64,000 bases of DNA from assembly GCA_951406725.2 (NCBI GenBank), contig OX597827.1:26536001-26600000 (forward strand). The letters run 5' to 3'. The DNA comes from Octopus vulgaris (lineage: Eukaryota). The notes under the pieces are model-generated. The model saw only the letters and a program-made list of their open reading frames with translations, was not told the DNA's origin and ran no database searches. Of the stretch, positions 55,421 through 64,000 are shown in pieces. The position numbers and the translations under genes are program-made. Position 1 is the stretch's first letter. Each line of letters begins with the position of its first letter.

Positions 55421-55611
55421 CGGCCTTAGAATAACACACACACGAAAATATTAAAAACAATGCACTCAAGAGATTCCGAAGAATTCATTAAAAAACAGTC
55501 TCAATCACTGCTATAATCCATAACGAGCCAATTTTAGGTCACTTGACCATTTAATCCCTTACTACTACCATACTGCCTACATTCCTTTTTATTCTCCCTT
55601 CTCTTTCTTCG

Positions 55612-55643
<32 letters not shown>

Positions 55644-55652
55644 TTCTTATTT

Positions 55653-55686
<34 letters not shown>

Positions 55687-55705
55687 CAGAGAGACAGAGA
55701 GACAG

Positions 55706-55802
<97 letters not shown>

Positions 55803-55803
<1 letters not shown>

Positions 55804-56064
55804 TGAAGGCGCATGGCGTAGTGGTTAGGGTATTTGACTCACAACCGCAAGGTCGTGAGTTCAGTTGCTGGCGACGTGTTGTGTCCTTGGGCAAGATATT
55901 TTCAAAGGGCCAGCCTTGTCACACTCTGTTTCACGCTGAATCCCACTCAACACTACGTTAAAGATACACGTGTATGTGGTGTGCTCAGCCACTTGCTCGT
56001 TAATTTCACGAGTAGGCTGTTCCGTTCAATTGCAACCCTCGTGGTTATAGGCGATAGAATGCCA

Positions 56065-56070
<6 letters not shown>
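55803..56070 (+). mobile_element. SINE family D copy
   Basis: tRNA-like head tggcgtagtggttagg, followed by gtgtccttgggcaag. Confidence 0.7.
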
Positions 56071-56096
<26 letters not shown>

Positions 56097-56534
56097 ACAG
56101 AGACCGTAATACGTGTTTCTCTTTCCCACTTATCGCACCAACCTAACGCTTCAAATAAAAGAAGTCGCCATCATTACAATGTTTTCAGATTTGAAAAGCA
56201 TCAGCCGCTCTACTTTGGTCTTTGACCTTCGGAAAGTGCATTACGAGAGGTTGATATTAAGTTGACAGCCCTCTACCCACGCTCATTGAAGATGACAGAG
56301 ACATCATTTTCCTCTTCCTCACGTGAGATATATTTGAATTTAATTTTGGGTACTCGACGCCTCGTATATCACGTCAATGATAAATATACATCTTAGAAAT
56401 GTACTTCTCTAGGTATTTTAACCAACCCCCACACTATTGAAGAACATGACCACCACCTACATTCCACTTTCCTTTACCTGCTCTTTTTGTATTATACTCT
56501 ACACATCCTACAGACTTACTCTTTACTCTTTTAC

Positions 56535-56750
56535 TCTTTTACTTGTTTCAGTCATTTGACTGTGGCCATACTGGAGCATCGCCTTTAGTCGAGCAAATCG
56601 ATCCCAGGACTTATTCTTTGGAAGCCTAGTACTTATTCTATCGGTGTCTTTTGCCGAACCGCTAAGTTACGGGGGCGTAAACATACCAGCATCTGTTGTC
56701 AAGCGATGCTGGAGGAACAAACACAGACACACAAAGATAAATATACACAA

Positions 56751-56786
<36 letters not shown>

Positions 56787-56787
56787 G

Positions 56788-56835
<48 letters not shown>

Positions 56836-56985
56836 CTCTCAGTTTCCGTCTACCAAATCCATTCACAAGGCTTTGGTCAGCCCGAGGTTATACTAGAAGG
56901 CACTTGCCCAAGTTGACACGCAGTGGGACTGAATCCGGAACCAAGTGGTTCGTAAGCAAGCTACTTACCACACAACCCCTCCCTC
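56535..56985 (-). mobile_element. SINE family C copy
   Basis: Matches 25342-25722. Confidence 0.85.
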
Positions 56986-57676
56986 AATTTTCTTTTTTTT
57001 TTCGGATCACTCTTGTAAGGCCGTGAGTTCGATATCTGACCGTGCGTTTTGTCCTTGCGCACGACTCCGTATTTCACGTTGCTCCAGTCAACTCAGCTAG
57101 CAAAAATGAGTCGAACCAGTATTTCAAGAGGTCAGCCTTGTCATATTCTGCGTCACCCTGAGTATCCCTTAGAAGTAACTTAATGCTATGTGTATGTGTG
57201 GAACGATCAGCCACTTGCACATTAACTTCTCGAGACGGTTGTTCCGTGGATCGGATCAGCTGGATTTTTCCTTCTTTCTTTTGATTTCTTGTAATGTTAT
57301 TCAAATTTTACATTGGTTTCTAATTTTAGCACAAAATCCAGAATTTGTATCGGAGGTGGGGAGTAAGGGTCTTGGGGTCAGTAGTCGATACCATCGATCG
57401 CGTTATGTCACTTTTACTTAATTCTATCAATCTTGAAAGGGTAGAAATCAAATTTGACCTCGGCAGGTTTTGAACTCTGAAGGCACAAGATCAGCACTTT
57501 TTTGTGGGCGTGGAGATGTATAGGTGATTACATCTGACTAAACCAGAACTAAATGATACTTGATCTTAGCGGCCCCGAAATGCTGAAGTGTGTAGTTGAC
57601 CGCAGCGGGATTTGAATTTCAAACGGAAAGATCAGGAAAAGATATTGTAATCTATTTTTTCATCGAAACTCTAACG

Positions 57677-58280
57677 CAGTGGTTCACAACCGGAGTCCAG
57701 ACGACCCTTCAGGGTCCATATAAGGTTTTGTTGTTAAAATCTATGAGCAATATACTGGTTATCGATGAGCTTACTTTCAAAACCAGATCTATCCATCAGA
57801 ATGGCTTTTAAGTAATTATTTAAAACAACTTGGATATATCTAATTTCACATGCGTGAGGCCAACAGCTTGCAGATTGTGGTTAAATGTTTATCATGAAAT
57901 CGAATAAATATGATCTTATACCAGTTTTGAAATTAAGCTTCTCATATACTTCTACAGTACTCAAAATATATCAACAGTTTTTTATACAATTTTTAATAAT
58001 ATTTAATTACAAAAGTATAATAGGAAATTTTAAACATTTAAATGGGTTTGAAGATCCACCTGAGTAAAATAAATATTTCAGCTTTTCGCGGCCGCTAAGA
58101 TAAAGTATTATTTAGTTCTGATTTAGTCGGATGTAATTGCCTACACCTCTCCCCGCCACAAAAAAATGCTGATCTTGTGCCTTCTGAGTTCAAAACCTGC
58201 TGAGGTCAAATTTGCTTTCTATCCTTTCAAGATCAATAGAATTAAGTAAAAATAACCCCAAAAATGGTTGAGAATCACTC
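57677..58280. mobile_element. hAT MITE inserted in a family A SINE remnant
   Basis: TIRs cagtggttcacaacc and ggttgagaatcactc; 8-bp TSD ctctaacg / ctgtaacg. Confidence 0.8.
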
Positions 58281-59588
58281 CTGTAACGATTCCACGAAGT
58301 TCTTCTTTAGATGAAGTTATCTGTTTTTGAATGCGAAAGCGCTGCCCATATGAACAGCATTATCCCATGTACGGTGATGGCGATGCTGGTGACAAGGAGG
58401 TTATTTTTGACGGTGGAGGGAAGTATGGTGGATGCTCCCGTTTTCTTATATTTCAGTGCTATTTGTGCTATTTGCTGAGAGAAGCAATGAGGATATTGAT
58501 GCTGTTGTTATTGCTGCTGCTGTTGAGCACGTTGTTGTTGTTTTTTATTGCTGCTGCCCTTATGACAATGGAGGCGTTTGTTTTGCCTTTTCCTTAATAT
58601 TTCTCTGAGCTTTGACCTCGATGAGACGGGCTTTCGTTTCTAAATATTAAGGAGAGATATGATTTATTACGGATTAACATTTTTATTATCGTTATTAAGA
58701 CATATTTGTCTTGTCTTGAGAGGGTCATCATGCTAAAAACACTGGTTTTCATTCACATTTTTGTAAACATTTGTCAATTAATTAACCATTTAATCAATTA
58801 ACTGATCGATTGTTTAATTGTTCGGTCAGTTAATGAACAAGCTAGCCTCATCAGACTTCTTCCGTCGCCATTCGCAACCTAGTTAATGATATGTCGTCTC
58901 TCCAGATACAACAAAATTTGTTTCCACACACGATATCATATCAACAGTCTTGTAAAAATCTACACGTTTTCAAAGTCGTTCTCTTCCTAAATTGCACCTT
59001 CAGAGCGATCCGAATGAAATTCATAGCATATCAAGAATAACAGACATCAGAAAAATACAAATAAAATCACAACATTAGTCACGTAAACGATCTCTATAAA
59101 CTTGCAACACTTCCATAATTTCCGAACTAACCGTAGAATTTTCCCGAATAGTCCAAGTATCTATAAATCAACGATCTGTTCGACCCAACATCCTCAGAGT
59201 TATTAATGCTATACGTCTTGGCCAATTTATCATGGCACAGACGTAGTTTGTAAATAACAATTTATATTTCTTCACAACATCAATTAACACAAACTCTAAG
59301 AACTTTTAGCATACATTAAACTAAATTCGCCAATGCAAAAAAAGAAAAAAACTATTCTTTTTGTTCATTGAATTCAAACTCAGAATTCTTTTATTTTTGT
59401 TTTCTTTTCTCCACTTTGCTCATTCATTCCCTCATTCAATCATTCATTCATTCACTTATTCGCTCATTTATTTTAACTATTTGATTTGCCTCAATACACT
59501 TCTAATGTAAATACATGTCCGAGAGAACTTAATTTCGAAGATGATATACAATCAATTTCTCGACAAAATTTATGCTTTTTGTTTCTTT

Positions 59589-59676
<88 letters not shown>

Positions 59677-60055
59677 AATCCCATCTCTCTCCCTCTCTTT
59701 TTCTCTCTCTTTCATATGTGATTGATATGTTTTAGCTGTTGTGATATATCTATTTTTATTCTATTTTTTCCTCATTTAATTTGTTTCATCACTTCTAGTA
59801 TTCCATTAAACTAACAGCTTAATCGAACATAGTTTTTTCTATTTTCTTTTCTTATTTTCGCTGCTGGTCCTTCAGTAAATTTCATCATCAGCCAACAAAA
59901 TCTTACTATCAAGAGATAACAAACCCATTACCACAGACTGTATATAAATACTATAGCTGTGAGCCATATCATCTCTCCTCTATCTTCTATCTTCCTTGTC
60001 TCATTCTCTCTCTCTCACTCTATATATAGATAAGTATATAAAGAAATATAAAAAA

Positions 60056-60094
<39 letters not shown>

Positions 60095-61000
60095 AAAAGG
60101 TAAGTTGGCCTCTGGTAATTAGGCCTTTACTGATCAACTCAGATCACTTGGTGTTAATAACGTGAAGGCCATACTAGCACTTTTCTTTACAGATGCAGGC
60201 AAGATATTGTCGCTATTTGGGCAGCAGATTGCAGTACAGAGTATTCACCGACATCAGTTCATTGTATTGGGTTGCACGCATGGTTGTGTGGGATGCTGGT
60301 AAGAGTCTGTAGCTCAATCATCTTTCAGTGGAATGCTAACATGTTTTCGATAGCAGTCTTTACTTGGGAGGAACCAAAGTTGATGAGGTTAGGTTAGAAT
60401 TGAGGCCGTATGATCGACATAGTTGGTGTTGTAGTATATGCGGGCAGTAGGATTAAATACCCTACTCTTGTGTGTGAAGCAACCAGATTTAGAGTAGTAG
60501 GTCTGGATTATCAGCTGTAAGTGGCTTGAAGTTTATTAACAGAGTGTACCTTTAGTGGCAACAATAAGGTAGTTCATTATTCCTGTTGATAAATCCTGCA
60601 GGTTGGTGTAGTATGTGCAATTGCGTGAGTAAGTAGTGGTCCATTCAATGATAATCCGTTTGATTTTCGAAAGTTCATGTGTTGTGTACACTTCTTAAAA
60701 GTCATTAGCTGTCATGCTTATGTGGTGCATTGTAATGCCATGGTTGGTGTAATGGTGACTCTATAGACTACTGCCTTTGAAAGACAGGATTCTCTCAAAA
60801 GGAAGTGGGTGGGAAGTCAGCAATAACAAGTTGTTGTGGATAGGAGGCAGTGGACAGGAAGTTGTGTAGTCGCGTGTTTGCGTCCGTTGTAGCGTGCGAT
60901 GCTTGAGGTCATATTGTCAAAGTAGGAGTAACTGACCATAACATTGTGGCGATCGAATAGTTTGTAAATGCTATGGGTCCTCGGGAAATGTTTTACTTTT
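60095..61000 (-). mobile_element. Highly decayed Penelope-like (GIY-YIG end) remnant
   Basis: The minus-strand end reads YCNLL... and VINTK*SELISK, resembling the CNLC..LNKRSELISKC terminus of Penelope-like ORFs. Confidence 0.4.
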
Positions 61001-61291
61001 TGCTTAATGTCAGGAAGCTCCTAGCTATGTTAGTTGAAACTTCTATGATTCGCCGATAAGTTAGTACATATGAAGAAAAATCCACCCTACGAACTCGAAG
61101 AGAGAAAGGAAAAGATAACGTAGTTCAATCTTCTGCCCGTTACGTACTGAGTTCGGATTCCACCGAGGGTGACTCTGATATTTATAGCTCTGGGATCTAC
61201 AAAAAGAAAATACCAGACTCGTATACAAGTCAATGGAATAGACAAATTCAATTCCTCGTAAATTTGCTGGCCTTGTACTTAAATAAGAAAC

Positions 61292-61358
<67 letters not shown>

Positions 61359-62519
61359 ATTATTATTATTGAGTTGATGTGAAAAAAAAGTATTTCAGCA
61401 AAACAATGGAAGGTTTAACAGTCTTTCCATTTTCCCTTAGTTCTTTCACTTATATGTTTTTTTCTTTTACTTGATTTCTTTCTATTTCTTGATTTCTTTT
61501 TTATTTTCTATTCGAATTGACATAAAACTAATAACCTTTTATATTCCTCTCTGACGTGATAAAATTATCCACAGTCACGTAAAGAAAGACAACAATATAT
61601 TTCTTTTTCCTCCCTATCAACTAGAAATGATATTTCTGTCACTCTATGTCAACTTGTTAAGAAAATAAAAAAGAAAAAATATATAAATGATTGTCTCTTC
61701 CTCTCCATTTTCTTTTTATTTATTTGTATATTTTTCATTTTTTTTATTTATCATTTATTTTTGTCTTATTTCTTATTGGCCTTTGTCCAACGTTAGTACA
61801 CCAATCTTCGTCCCTCACTTCCTCAGTCACTGAAGGATTGGAAATAAAGCGTTGGTTACATCATTACCGGATGAGAAGTAGTGTTTCCGTTAATCTTTTC
61901 TTGCAAAAATAGTCTTTAACATTAGAAGAATTAATGGAAGGGCGATCCACTGTGATTCCTTTAGTTTTTCGTTTGCTTACAAACATTGGCCGGAGGCGAT
62001 GCTGGAGTATCTTTTCAAGAGATTTTGTAACACCAATGTTGATCATATTTCCACTTTCTTCTTCTGCTTCGCATTTATTTTCCTCTGATTATCCTTGCGC
62101 TAAGTTACGAGGCATATGGACAACCCAACAAACAACATTGGTGTTTTGACCGGGGTAAACAGAAGCACAGGAGCACCCACGCACATACGCATACATACAC
62201 ACACACACACAATCGTGCACACAAGCCGCCACGAACACACACATACCCATACATATATTCATATACTACAGGAGCTAAGCTTGGGGAGAGGGTTGGTCGA
62301 TTACATCAACCCCAATGCTCAACTAACACTTATTTTATCGACCCCGAAAGAATGGAAAGAAAAGTCGAACTCGGCGGCATTTCAACACAGAACATAAAGC
62401 TGAAAGCTACTTTCCTAAGAATTTTGTCCGAAGTGCAAACGATTTTGCCAGCTCACACATGCATACATGTGTGTGTGTGTATGTATGTGTATGTATATAT
62501 GTACACATCCTACAGTGGT

Positions 62520-62690
62520 TTATTACCCCCGCCTTAGCGAAGGCGGGGGTATTGTTTTCAGTCGGGCTTGCTTGTTTGTCCGTGGACAAGATATCTCAAG
62601 AACCGCTTGAGGGATTCGAATAAAACTTTCAGGGAGAATTGGTCTTGTGACTGGCATGAACTTATTAGATTTTGGGATCGATTTGGTACC
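62520..62690 (+). mobile_element. Helentron/HINE-like 5' fragment
   Basis: Hairpin attacccccgcc..ggcgggggtat plus a core shared with 7550-7890. Confidence 0.6.
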
Positions 62691-63314
62691 ACTATGTCCG
62701 ACGTCGTCAAACTTTGTTACTGTGTATTCACCATTCCATTTGGTTTATTGTTGTTGGATTGGTATTGCCATACCTTCACTGCTAGTCTTTCATTAATTGT
62801 TTACTCTGTTTACAATTCAGACGATATGGATTTGTTCTGATGTCTGCAAGTTGACATAATACCATCTTTTCGGAGAGCACACAGCCGCAGTGTCCACCAC
62901 AGACTAAATTCTAGCCTTGTTGTTTTGCTGTGCTGTACTGTGCCTCCGCCACACCGGTACACCAATGGGAGTTCGAGTCTTTATGTTTCAGTGCATGCAC
63001 TCTAGCTTGATCAATGCAAAGTTCATGGTTTCGTGTCGAAGAAATAGTCGACGGCAATTATCGCCATTTGCATATTGCTTGCGATTTCTCTGCTATATCA
63101 TCGCTTCGAAGCTGCTAAGAAGTTTATTTTCTGGTCTATTGCTTTGCAAAACAACTTTTTGCTAAACATAATAGATACTTCTCTGAATTTCTTTCATACT
63201 GAAACTCATCCCTCTGATACTGAGGAAAGCTCTGGTCAATTAGTACAAATGGTATACTAATCATATCTCGGAATTCTTTCCACGCCGATGACCACGATGA
63301 TGTTGGATGATAAC

Positions 63315-63629
63315 TGAACAACTATGCTGCGCTGAAGTGGGAAATACGCAGGATGTGGGCAATGAAAGGAGTGAACGTGATACCAATACTAATTGGCGCG
63401 CTTGGCAGTATGAGCACTCAACAACCAGCCTGGTTCAAAGAGACTGGTACAAATGTTAAGGTAGAAAACCTCCAAAAATCATTATTGCCTGGAACTGCAA
63501 GAGTTCGACGCAAGGTTTTTTAAACATGTCAGTAAACAAGGGTCACCTTAGTGTGCTTGCTGTGGACAACTAACACTTTCCATCATACTCAGCAAAATAA
63601 GCAGTGAGTTTTCATGAAGAAGTAATAAA

Positions 63630-63630
<1 letters not shown>
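63315..63630 (+). mobile_element. R4/Dong-like family B 3' end with a complete 3' UTR and (AAT)n tail
   Basis: LKWEIRRMW..PILIGALG..LQKSLLPGTARV; homologous to 16645-16877. Confidence 0.85.
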
Positions 63631-63687
<57 letters not shown>

Positions 63688-63689
<2 letters not shown>

Positions 63690-64000
63690 CAACTGAAGAG
63701 GTCACTCAGGCACTGCAAAGACTAAGCAACTGGAAGGCACCTGGGCAATGACAAGATCCACAACTTCTGGTTGAAATATCTAACAGGAATGCACAAAAAG
63801 CTGGTTGATAACTTTAACGACATACTGGCAGAGCCAGTTGTAAAGATCAACTAATGATTAATAAAGCTATCCCCATTAGAAGAGGAATATTCCAAAGAGA
63901 TACGCTCTCTCCACTCCTTTTCTGCTTGGCACTGTCACCTCTATCGGATATGCTAAACAGAACTGGATGTGGATATAAATGTTACGGCAAAAAGATCAGC
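63688..64000 (+). mobile_element. R4/Dong-like family A copy, 5'-truncated in (AAT)n, with two internal deletions; runs off the window
   Basis: Matches 34365-34513, then 34727-34756, then 34972-35103. Confidence 0.9.

Overview
This is a 64-kb window of AT-rich, microsatellite-rich animal genomic DNA with no recognisable intact host protein-coding gene, so it is probably intronic or intergenic. The SINE and repeat content resembles an octopus or other cephalopod genome (inferred from recalled repeat families, not verified). Nearly all long ORFs are either microsatellite artefacts or decayed retroelement ORFs. Identified elements include: several R4/Dong-like RLE LINEs sitting in (AAT)n tracts, one a head-to-tail array at 32.5-37.4 kb; a CR1-type LINE and an RTE-type LINE, each with a target-site duplication (TSD); Tx1-type fragments, one embedded in (GATA)n; a Penelope RT/GIY-YIG element; mariner fragments; hAT MITEs; Helitron/Helentron derivatives; and at least four tRNA-derived SINE families. 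Four observations stand out. (1) A tRNA-headed, (AAT)n-spaced element ends in a Penelope-type minimal hammerhead ribozyme and is present in two copies. (2) Several other unrelated minimal hammerhead folds occur, including a natural G3-C8 core-swap variant. (3) An R2 3' fragment is still fused to its 28S rRNA target sequence and an A-rich tail, outside rDNA. (4) LINEs appear to be targeted to specific microsatellites. Coordinates were read by eye and may be off by a few bases.
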